NCBI GenBank assembly: GCA_039815185.1
Contig: JBCBZT010000039.1
Location: 1-64,000, forward strand
Source: Cyanobacteria bacterium P01_A01_bin.123
GTDB taxonomy: Bacteria > Cyanobacteriota > Cyanobacteriia > Phormidesmidales > Phormidesmidaceae
Reading direction: 5' to 3'
Length of the DNA stretch: 64,000 nucleotides
The notes beneath the pieces were generated by a model, which was not told where the DNA came from, ran no database searches, and worked only from the letters and a program-made list of their open reading frames with translations. The position numbers and the translations under genes were made by a program. Shown here in pieces: positions 32,316-40,815 of the stretch (position 1 is the first letter of the stretch; every line of letters starts with the position of its first letter).

Positions 32316-33071
32316 TCAACCAAACCGATAGCCAAAGCCTCGTAGGGTAGTGACATATCTAGGTTTACTCGGATCAGGCTCAATTTTTTCTCGCAGCCAG
32401 CGGATATGGACATCTACCGTTTTGCGATCGCCCATAAACTCGGGGCCCCAAATCTGTTCAATCAGCTGCTCTCGTGACCAAACCCGTTTGGGATGCTGCA
32501 TAAACAGTTCTAAAATCCGAAATTCTTTGGGTGACAGGTTTACTTCGTGGTCACCCACCGTTACCCGGAGTTCATTTTGAAACAGCGTAATATCTTCGAA
32601 TGTCGTCACGGGTTTAAGCTCACTACGTTGATTAGCTTGGTGACGACGGAGCAAGGCCCGGCAGCGAGCAATCAACTCTCCCATCCCAAAAGGTTTAGCC
32701 AGATAATCATCCGCACCCACCTCTAAGCCCACCACCCGGTCAGTTTCGCTACTTTTGGCACTTAAAATCAATATCGGAATATTAATGTCGCGACGACGAG
32801 CCAATCGACACAGGTCTAACCCATCAATGCCAGGCAGCATCAAATCTACGATGGCAAGATCTACCCGCGATTCATATTGATGTGGATCAACAGCCGGACA
32901 TAAAAACTCTACAGCGGCAGTGCCTCCTTCAGCCGTGGTAACCTCATAGCCTTCTTCAGTTAGGGCTAAGGCAACGGCATCGCGAATCAGATCTTCGTCC
33001 TCTACGATTAATATTCGTTTGTTGTGGAGAGACACCACCGATTGGTAAGACGCTTCTACAGAGACAATCAT
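32316..33071 (-). CDS. OmpR/PhoB-family response regulator (SphR-like)
   Basis: REC domain (VEDE, DLMLP, KPF) plus wHTH (KTVDVHIRWLREKIE, GFGYRF). Confidence 0.9.
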   Translation of the reverse strand: MIVSVEASYQSVVSLHNKRILIVEDEDLIRDAVALALTEEGYEVTTAEGGTAAVEFLCPAVDPHQYESRVDLAIVDLMLPGIDGLDLCRLARRRDINIPILILSAKSSETDRVVGLEVGADDYLAKPFGMGELIARCRALLRRHQANQRSELKPVTTFEDITLFQNELRVTVGDHEVNLSPKEFRILELFMQHPKRVWSREQLIEQIWGPEFMGDRKTVDVHIRWLREKIEPDPSKPRYVTTLRGFGYRFG

Positions 33072-33418
33072 TTAGTTTTGGTAATCTAAAATATCTAGAT
33101 GTCTAAACGTAATGCGTTAACGTGAAATCTCAACTGATTGGGAATCAGACCCTCTGCTTTGACCCAATGTCTCTCAACTTATCGAGAGAAAATCATCCGC
33201 ACCGAGACCGTCAGCAGCGACGCCCCAAAGATTTGCTTGAGCAAAGCTCTGGCTGCTAAATCGCAAACCTTAATCACAGCAGCCGATGAGGATAACGCCC
33301 GCGCAGATCAGCAGCGCCGCGTTAATGGACACATAACCCTACTGATAGTAAGGCCAGGCACCTAGAGGAATCCACGATCATCATCGGGAAGACGGCTTAA
33401 GGCTTCACGAAGCTAGCG

Positions 33419-34402
33419 TTAAGGTTTGGTAAACTCGGCATCATTTCTCGGCAAAACCTCCGTATGCATGCGGTTAGACAGGGATTGTCGGTGACGCTGT
33501 AGGGCGATGAGTTGTTGTTGGAAATTCAGCATTTGCTGCTTGTAGTAATCGCGCTCAGCGGCTAACGTCTGGCAACGTTGGCGGAGATGGCTGTGCTGCC
33601 TCAATTGCTCCGTGAGTTCTGCTTCCAGTACATCTACTTTGAGCTGGGTGGTCTTTACCTCATGAAACAGCTCAAACATAATGGCTTGAGGGGAAGATGC
33701 CAATGCTAAAGCTTCTGTTTCATCCACATCATCGCAATTGCGCCCAAGACTCGTTTGATCACTTGGATGCCAAGACTGATCTGCCTCATTGATATCCGCA
33801 AGACTGACATTATTTGAGGATGAAGCCTCCAGCGTTAAATTAAGCGGTTGTAACGACGCTTCCATGCGCGTCAAATGGAGTTGATGTTGGGTGACGGTTT
33901 GTTCAATGTCTTGAACAGATTGACAAATGCTGTTTAACTGAGTGCCTAAATTAACCGTTAACATTCTGGCTGCATAAACCTCAGCTTCGAGATCGACGCG
34001 GGGCTGATGGCTCGGCTGGGCCATGTGCCTCTCTCCACCACAGCGCTGCTGGAGCTGCAACAAGTAGTTTTGGATGTCGATCTCGCTCCGCTGGAGCAAG
34101 ATCTTAAGCCTTGTCAGAGACCGATACTGTCGGTCTAGGACACTATCAATAGCCGCAGCAAACTCATGGAGCATCCGAGTCTGCCAATGGTGCTTTTGGG
34201 TGAGTTGATGCTGTAAAAGGGCGATCGCTTTTTGCTGGGCATTGGCAAAATTCTCGGTCTTGGCCAATTGAGACTCGACAAATTGCTGCGACTGAACTCG
34301 CAATCGCAGTTCAGCCAATGAATACATGGCTTGATCGAGGGCTTGCTGAAGGTGACAAATGCGCTTCACAAGCCTGAAATCGAGGGATGCTTCTTGGGTC
34401 AT
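33419..34402 (-). CDS. Hypothetical coiled-coil protein
   Basis: 327-aa Q/L/E-rich heptad-like ORF. Confidence 0.7.
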   Translation of the reverse strand: MTQEASLDFRLVKRICHLQQALDQAMYSLAELRLRVQSQQFVESQLAKTENFANAQQKAIALLQHQLTQKHHWQTRMLHEFAAAIDSVLDRQYRSLTRLKILLQRSEIDIQNYLLQLQQRCGGERHMAQPSHQPRVDLEAEVYAARMLTVNLGTQLNSICQSVQDIEQTVTQHQLHLTRMEASLQPLNLTLEASSSNNVSLADINEADQSWHPSDQTSLGRNCDDVDETEALALASSPQAIMFELFHEVKTTQLKVDVLEAELTEQLRQHSHLRQRCQTLAAERDYYKQQMLNFQQQLIALQRHRQSLSNRMHTEVLPRNDAEFTKP

Positions 34403-34722
34403 AAAACCAGAGACAAACGGTGGATGATACAGCCCTGCGTTTGGTTAATCTATCAGAGTTGAGCAGAAATCGCTGATTCAGCGAACCATCTTGAGCAAAA
34501 AATGATGTGCTCAAAACATCGATCAAGCGTTACAACAGATGCCAGCTTAAAAACGATACGAAAATGAATTCCTCAATAGCTTTGATCAAGCCGTTTAGTC
34601 CTGATGGTTCAGATGTATCAATCGCCAATCGATTTCTCCAAGCCTTAAATTTCTGACAATCAATCTTGCATCAAAAATTAAACAAATCTTAAGTTCCTGC
34701 TGTTAGCCTTCAACCAGTCTGT

Positions 34723-35238
34723 GTGGTGCTAGCAGAGAGTAAAAAGATTGTGCCTCTTTTAACCGCGTTTTTGGTTTTATTGATTGGAGATTTCATCGCT
34801 ACATTTTTATACCACGTTCCCGAACATGTCTTTGGCAAGCTTCACGCCGTGGTTCACCATAGCCCCCAACGCAGTTTTATCCGTTACGCGGTCTTAAATC
34901 GCCACCCCATAGCCCTAGTTAGCGGTTTTCTGGGGGCGTTTCCCTACTTAGTCATCATCCCACTTCTTTGGCAACTTTCCCCTATGGGCTTGGTGCTGGG
35001 CTTGGTACTCGCCGAACTCCATGTGATCTGGCGACATTGCTTCTCCCGACCGACGCCAATGTGGCTTCAGGTCGCCTGTCGGTATCTTTTTGTTACCACG
35101 CCAGAGCGTCATTGGCTGCATCATAGCAATGCCAATTTGGCCTATGGTGACGTGTTTACGTTTTACGATAAGCCCGCTCAAACCTGGCTCAAAATGTTGA
35201 GGCACTGGCGACGACGTTATCGGTTACGGCGGGCTTGA
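34723..35238 (+). CDS. Sterol desaturase/fatty-acid hydroxylase superfamily membrane protein
   Basis: His boxes HVPEH, HAVVHH, HVIWRH and HWLHH, with TM segments. Confidence 0.75.
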   Translation: MVLAESKKIVPLLTAFLVLLIGDFIATFLYHVPEHVFGKLHAVVHHSPQRSFIRYAVLNRHPIALVSGFLGAFPYLVIIPLLWQLSPMGLVLGLVLAELHVIWRHCFSRPTPMWLQVACRYLFVTTPERHWLHHSNANLAYGDVFTFYDKPAQTWLKMLRHWRRRYRLRRA

Positions 35239-35339
35239 TTGGAGCTACCCCCAGATTTGGAATTTGTCCCTCAAGATGCTTCAAAACAGGTTGTGCTCGT
35301 GTTACGGGGGACAATTGTGGATCTGGATGGGGGTAATGT

Positions 35340-36392
35340 CTAGAGCATCGGGCTCAAAACCGCAATTAACTGTTCAATTTGAGCGTCTGTACCCACGGTG
35401 ATTCGTAATTTATCGTCTAGCCCTGGCTGTTTGAAGTAGCGGACTAAAATTCCTTGGGCTTTAAGGGCTAAGTACAGTGCTTCGGCATTTCTTGCTGGCG
35501 GTGTTGCTAGAACAAAGTTGCCTTGGGAAGGCAAAACGGCAAAGTCTAGCTGGGTTAGCGCCGTGGTAAGTAAGTCGCGCGATCGCTTGACGCGCTCAGC
35601 ACAGGCATTTTTATAAGCCTGGTCAGCCATGGCTGCGGCACCCACCCGCAGGGCGATCGCGTCCATGTTATAGCTATCTTTTACCTTAAACAAAGGGTTG
35701 ATCAAACCGGGCTGGGCAATGGCAAAGCCCAAACGCAACCCCGCCAGCGAATAGCCCTTCGACAGGGTTCGCAGCACGATCACATTCTCAAATTCTTGCA
35801 CTAGCGGCAGGGCAGTGGTTTCAGCAAAATCCACGTAGGCTTCGTCAATCACGACTATCCCGGCTGTCCGTTTGGCCAGGTGTCGCAGGTCTGCTAAGGG
35901 CACAGCATGCCCTGTAGGGCTATTGGGTGTCGCAATCAGCGTCAGGGCTGCTTGGGTTGCCACGAGCTCCTCAATGGGTAGGTGAAAGTCTGGGCCATAG
36001 GGAATTTCAATCGTGTGGGCGGGCTGAAACGAAGCCAGGGTGGGATACAGCACATAGGTGGGTGTGGGATAGGCAATGGGGCGATCGCGCCCTTCCACAC
36101 AGGCTCGCATCAGCAGGGTCAACAGTTCATCGCTGCCGTTGCCTAGTAAAAGCCAGGTTTCAGGGACACCTAAGGCTTGACTCACTGCCTGACAAAAGTT
36201 GCGGCCATAGGGGTCTGGATAGCGCCTTAGCCACTCACCGTCGAGGGTTTGCAGCACTGCGATCGCTCGGGGTGAGGGCGGATACGGGTTTTCATTGGTG
36301 TTGAGTTTGAGTACTGGTGCGCCGGGTGGGGGCTGCTCACCAGGCATGTAGCCGGGTGTCGCGTCAATGGCGGGGCGAAAATAGGACATCAT
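35340..36392 (-). CDS. hisC: Histidinol-phosphate aminotransferase
   Basis: KLNTNENPY, GNGSDE, DEAY and RTLSKGYSLAGLRLG. Confidence 0.93.
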   Translation of the reverse strand: MMSYFRPAIDATPGYMPGEQPPPGAPVLKLNTNENPYPPSPRAIAVLQTLDGEWLRRYPDPYGRNFCQAVSQALGVPETWLLLGNGSDELLTLLMRACVEGRDRPIAYPTPTYVLYPTLASFQPAHTIEIPYGPDFHLPIEELVATQAALTLIATPNSPTGHAVPLADLRHLAKRTAGIVVIDEAYVDFAETTALPLVQEFENVIVLRTLSKGYSLAGLRLGFAIAQPGLINPLFKVKDSYNMDAIALRVGAAAMADQAYKNACAERVKRSRDLLTTALTQLDFAVLPSQGNFVLATPPARNAEALYLALKAQGILVRYFKQPGLDDKLRITVGTDAQIEQLIAVLSPML

Positions 36393-36595
36393 ATCGGTCT
36401 TGAGAGGAATCTAAAATCAATAAACCCGAACGAGGACTCCGACGTTAGGATAGTCATGGTGTTCTGAAGCTTTGTGTTGGGAAACACTTGGCAGCAGTCT
36501 GCCCCGTAATCATTTCAACCACTCTATCGATGATCAACCGCGCCGGCATCAACAAAGCTGCTTCTGAGCCTGGGTCCTCTCCTATTGTTCGTTCG

Positions 36596-38533
36596 ATGCA
36601 GTCTACCAAACCAAAACGGATCCGCTCTAAACTGGGTCGCAGTAGCTTCAGTGCCGCAGCGACTGGGCTATTGACAACGGGGTGGCTGTTGATTCAAACC
36701 CTAGCGCCCCTGCCTTCCCTGGCCCAAACTGCCGACACTGAAGATCCAGATGAGCTGACCTACAGCGGATTGCTGGAAAAAATTGATCAAGGGCAAGTTC
36801 AGCGGGTTGAGATTGATCCCACCCGTCAGGTTGCCCTGGTTGAGTTAGAGGGACAAGCAGAAGATGAGCCCGATCAGCGGGTAGATTTATTCGCGAGCGA
36901 TCGCAACCCTGAGTTAGTCGAACGGTTGCGGGAGAATGATGTTGATTTTGACGTAGTCGCCTCTTCGGATAACAGTGCCCTCACCTGGCTAGCCACTAAC
37001 TCACTGTTGGCCTTGATTGTCATTTTTGCCCTACTGATGATTTTGCGGCGATCGGCCAATGCTTCTGGTGGTGCCATGAACTTTGGCCGTTCCAAAGCAA
37101 AGTTTCAAATGGAAGCCAAGACCGGCGTGTTGTTCGATGATGTTGCAGGCATTGAAGAAGCCAAAGAAGAGCTTCAAGAAGTCGTCACCTTTTTAAAGAA
37201 GCCTGAACGCTTCACCGCTATTGGGGCGCGGATTCCCAAAGGGGTCCTGCTGATTGGCCCACCAGGAACGGGTAAGACACTGCTGGCTAAAGCGATCGCG
37301 GGTGAAGCCGGGGTTCCGTTTTTTAGCATCTCTGGTTCTGAATTTGTGGAGATGTTTGTCGGCGTTGGCGCTTCTCGCGTCCGCGATCTGTTTAAAAAAG
37401 CAAAAGAAAGCGCCCCCTGTATTGTCTTTATTGATGAAATCGACGCTGTGGGGCGGCAGCGCGGTACCGGTATCGGCGGCGGCAATGATGAACGCGAACA
37501 AACCCTCAACCAGTTGTTGACCGAGATGGACGGGTTTGAAGGCAACAGCGGCATCATCGTGATTGCTGCGACCAACCGACCCGACGTATTGGATTCGGCA
37601 TTGCTGCGACCCGGTCGTTTCGATCGTCAAGTGGGTGTTGATTTACCCACCTACAAAGGGCGACTGGGAATTTTGCAGGTTCATGCCCGCGACAAGAAAA
37701 TTTCTGAAGAGGTCTCCATCGAAGAAATCGCCCGACGCACTCCGGGTTTCTCCGGCGCTGACTTGGCAAACTTGCTCAACGAATCGGCAATCTTGACTGC
37801 CCGCCGCCGTAAAGATGCCGTCACCATGCTAGAAGTCAACGATGCGATCGATCGCATCACCGTAGGTATGGCCAAAACTCCCCTGCTAGACAGCTATAAA
37901 AAGCGGCTAATTGCCTATCATGAAGTCGGCCATGCCTTAATCGGTGTGCTGCTCGACCATTGTGAACCCCTCGATAAGGTGACCATTATTCCCCGTTCTG
38001 GAGGCTTGGGCGGTTTCACCAAGTTCGTTCCCAATGAAAGCCGTTTGGATGATGGGTTGCAAAGTCGAGCCGAAATTATCGATAACATCACCATGACCCT
38101 GGGGGGACGGGCTGCAGAAGAAGAAGTCTTTGGCCACGACGAAGTCACCTTTGGGGCCCAGGGCGATATTCAATCCGTAGCAGCCTTAGCCCGTCGCATG
38201 GTGGCTCGCTATGGCATGTCTGACCTCGGCCCATTAGCTTTAGAAACCTCGGGTGGCGAGGTGTTCTTGGGGCGCGATCTAATGCCCCGCTCGGAATATT
38301 CTGAAGCCGTGGCGACTAAGATCGACAAGCAAGTCCGTGCGATCGCATTCCATTGCCACGCCCAAGCCCGTGAGATCTTGCACCAAAATCGTCCGTTGAT
38401 GGATAAGCTGGTAGACCTGCTGCTCGACATCGAAACTATGGATGGAGATGACTTCCGCAAGGTTGTTAGCGAGTTTACCCAGATTCCTGAAGAGACCTTG
38501 GCTAAGCGAGAGTTGGCTAAACAGACCAGCTAG
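36596..38533 (+). CDS. ftsH: ATP-dependent zinc metalloprotease FtsH
   Basis: Two TMs; [15 protein letters not shown] and HEVGH. The start is uncertain (ORF open from 36488). Confidence 0.96.
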   Translation: MQSTKPKRIRSKLGRSSFSAAATGLLTTGWLLIQTLAPLPSLAQTADTEDPDELTYSGLLEKIDQGQVQRVEIDPTRQVALVELEGQAEDEPDQRVDLFASDRNPELVERLRENDVDFDVVASSDNSALTWLATNSLLALIVIFALLMILRRSANASGGAMNFGRSKAKFQMEAKTGVLFDDVAGIEEAKEELQEVVTFLKKPERFTAIGARIPKGVLLIGPPGTGKTLLAKAIAGEAGVPFFSISGSEFVEMFVGVGASRVRDLFKKAKESAPCIVFIDEIDAVGRQRGTGIGGGNDEREQTLNQLLTEMDGFEGNSGIIVIAATNRPDVLDSALLRPGRFDRQVGVDLPTYKGRLGILQVHARDKKISEEVSIEEIARRTPGFSGADLANLLNESAILTARRRKDAVTMLEVNDAIDRITVGMAKTPLLDSYKKRLIAYHEVGHALIGVLLDHCEPLDKVTIIPRSGGLGGFTKFVPNESRLDDGLQSRAEIIDNITMTLGGRAAEEEVFGHDEVTFGAQGDIQSVAALARRMVARYGMSDLGPLALETSGGEVFLGRDLMPRSEYSEAVATKIDKQVRAIAFHCHAQAREILHQNRPLMDKLVDLLLDIETMDGDDFRKVVSEFTQIPEETLAKRELAKQTS

Positions 38534-38668
38534 AGCAGACAAGCGAAACGCAATGCATCAATAAGAACTGGCAATCGTTAATCGGCGATCGCGGTGAGTT
38601 CTGTCTGCCCTCGCAATTGTGCTGTCCTTAATCGTTGGACCGTGGTTCTACTAATCCTGCAGGGTGTC

Positions 38669-38702
38669 AGATCCCTGGGTTTTCCGAAAAACCCAGGGAT
38701 CT
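38669..38702. repeat. REP-like hairpin AGATCCCTGGGTTTT..AAAACCCAGGGATCT
   Basis: Same element as at 1295-1328 and 1551-1584. Confidence 0.85.
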
Positions 38703-38735
38703 CTTAGCTCAGACATCATCAAAAATGCTGTGAAT

Positions 38736-38840
38736 TATGGCGCTGGCCAAATTGCTTAATGCACCAGGTAGCGCTGGGATACTCAATACATAAGCAATCT
38801 GGCTCGCCGTAGCGCACAAAGTTTTGTGGCTACGGCTATA
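38736..38840 (+). mobile_element. ~105-bp MITE-like dispersed repeat, copy 3
   Basis: TATGGCGCTGGCC...GGCTACGGCTATA; aligns with the other copies. Confidence 0.8.
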
Positions 38841-38899
38841 AAAACGGGTACCGCTCGCCACACTTGGGCTTAGATGCAGCAGAGCTTGAGCATGGTCGT

Positions 38900-38968
38900 A
38901 GAAACCGGGTTTCTCATGCTGAGCGCTGAGTGCCCCATTGACACCCCTTGCTCAGAAACCCGGTTTCT
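38900..38968. repeat. Inverted pair of AGAAACC(G/C)GGTTTCT palindromes
   Basis: At 38900-38914 and 38954-38968 with a 39-nt spacer; same motif as in 939-1721. A single variant copy is at 52456-52470. Confidence 0.85.
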
Positions 38969-39154
38969 GCAAGGGGCGACGATCAGCAGGGACTAAAGTC
39001 ATAATTACCCGTAGCGAGTAACCTACAGTCTCCGAAATCATGTCTACGATCGGTGTGGACTCTACAGACAACCCCATCACATCAGGAGACAGGATGACGG
39101 CTACACTGCATCAAACTTCGCAACAATCCTGAACACTTTGAACAACCCAGCCCG

Positions 39155-39394
39155 ATGCAGCAGATGGCTTTAACACTGATGTTGCTGGCGATTGAACCCC
39201 GACTGCTAGACATGAAGCAGGCGATTCAGCGCCCGAGCGATCCAGACTTCGATCGCTACTATGTTTCGTCGCACATGGACTATTTGACCCACGCCCGCGA
39301 TCGCCTTGTCGATCTTGCTGCCATGCCAGGGCCAATTTACACCATTGGGCTAATCGAAGCTTATCCGAAATTCCCCATTCAGCTCATTCGTTAA
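39155..39394 (+). CDS. Hypothetical small protein, possibly a frameshifted remnant starting near 39094
   Basis: 79-aa ORF. An RBS-preceded ATG at 39094 is in another frame and stops after 12 codons. Confidence 0.35.
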   Translation: MQQMALTLMLLAIEPRLLDMKQAIQRPSDPDFDRYYVSSHMDYLTHARDRLVDLAAMPGPIYTIGLIEAYPKFPIQLIR

Positions 39395-39516
39395 TCTTGG
39401 ATAACCCTATCTCTCGCTTAAGTTGTCCTTAGCTATCGTGGCTAAAATAGCTGATAAGGCCTGCTGACCTTGAATGTTGGATTAGGCGTAGACAGCGATC
39501 AGGGTGGCAACAGAGC

Positions 39517-40815
39517 ATGGTGTTAGATCTTTCTCAGTTTTACCAAGCGTGTAGTCCCAGTAAATCTCTCAGTTTTGACCAGGGCGATCAGGGATATTAC
39601 ATTGATTTTTCCCCCGTCCGGGGCGGCAGTATTATTCAAGAATTAGGACGCACAATTACGCGACTTGCCCCCGATAGCCCGACCTGTCAACTGTTTACTG
39701 GACATGTCGGCTGTGGTAAATCAACAGAGTTGATCTGCCTAAAAACCCTGGTGGAACAGAACAACTTTCACGTGGTTTATTTTGAATCGAGTGAAGATTT
39801 AGATTTAGCCGATGTGGATGTGACTGACATTTTGCTGGCGATCGCGCGTCAAGTCAGCGAGAGTTTAGAGTCCATTGAGATTAATTTAGACCTGCCCTAT
39901 TTCCATCAACTTTTTCAATCCATTGGGGATATCTTTAAACCCGCATTAGCGATCGCAGACCATCAGTTTTCCAACACCATCGCGGAGATTACCGCCCGCA
40001 CTAAAAACAGCCCAAAACTGCGGAGTCAACTGCGACAGTATTTAGAACCCCGCACTAACGGTATCTTAAATGCTTTAAATCAAGAATTGCTAGAACCTGC
40101 GATCGCAACCTTAAAACAGCGAGGCAAACAGGGATTGTTGGTGATCATTGACAATCTTGATCGGATTGATAACACCCCAGGGGTAGCCGGTCGTCATCAA
40201 CCCAGCTACCTATTTATTGACCGAGGGGAACAGCTGAAAAAGCTTAACTGTCATGTTGTTTATACCCTGCCTTTAGAATTAGTTTTCTCTAGCGATTTAG
40301 GCCTGATTACTAATCGTTTTGGTGTGGTGCCCAAAGTATTAGCAATGGTACCTGTCCGTCACCGAGATGGACAGCTCAGTCCTGAAGGCATGGTGCTGCT
40401 GCGACAATTGGTACTGGCGCGCGCTTTTCCCGGAATTGCTCCCGAACAGCGTTTAGCGTGGCTGGATCAGGTATTTGATGCCCCAGAGACCCTGGATCGG
40501 TTGTGTAGCGTTAGCGGCGGCCATGTCCGTAACCTACTGGTGCTGCTGTATCGCTGTTTGCAACGAGAAGATCCGCCTTTATCGCGGACTTGCGTTGAGC
40601 AAATTCTTCAACAACGCCGCAGTGAATTATTGCTGGCGCTGTCGGTGCCAGAAATCAAATCACTCCAGCGGGTAATGGCGGAAAAACACATTCGCCACGA
40701 CCCTAGTGAACAAATGCTGTTACACAGCATGTTCGTTTTTGAATATCGCAATGGGGGTGAGAGCTGGTTTGATATCAACCCCATTCTGGCAGAGTCCCCG
40801 GAGTTTCAACCATGA
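39517..40815 (+). CDS. P-loop ATPase (AAA+/KAP-like), paralog 1
   Basis: Walker A GHVGCGKST, Walker B VIIDNLD, and SGGHVR; ATGA overlap with the next gene. Confidence 0.88.
   Translation: MVLDLSQFYQACSPSKSLSFDQGDQGYYIDFSPVRGGSIIQELGRTITRLAPDSPTCQLFTGHVGCGKSTELICLKTLVEQNNFHVVYFESSEDLDLADVDVTDILLAIARQVSESLESIEINLDLPYFHQLFQSIGDIFKPALAIADHQFSNTIAEITARTKNSPKLRSQLRQYLEPRTNGILNALNQELLEPAIATLKQRGKQGLLVIIDNLDRIDNTPGVAGRHQPSYLFIDRGEQLKKLNCHVVYTLPLELVFSSDLGLITNRFGVVPKVLAMVPVRHRDGQLSPEGMVLLRQLVLARAFPGIAPEQRLAWLDQVFDAPETLDRLCSVSGGHVRNLLVLLYRCLQREDPPLSRTCVEQILQQRRSELLLALSVPEIKSLQRVMAEKHIRHDPSEQMLLHSMFVFEYRNGGESWFDINPILAESPEFQP

Noticed and set aside
33138..33365. 75-aa plus-strand ORF
   Set aside because: It has a TTG start, no motif, and lies between two minus-strand genes.
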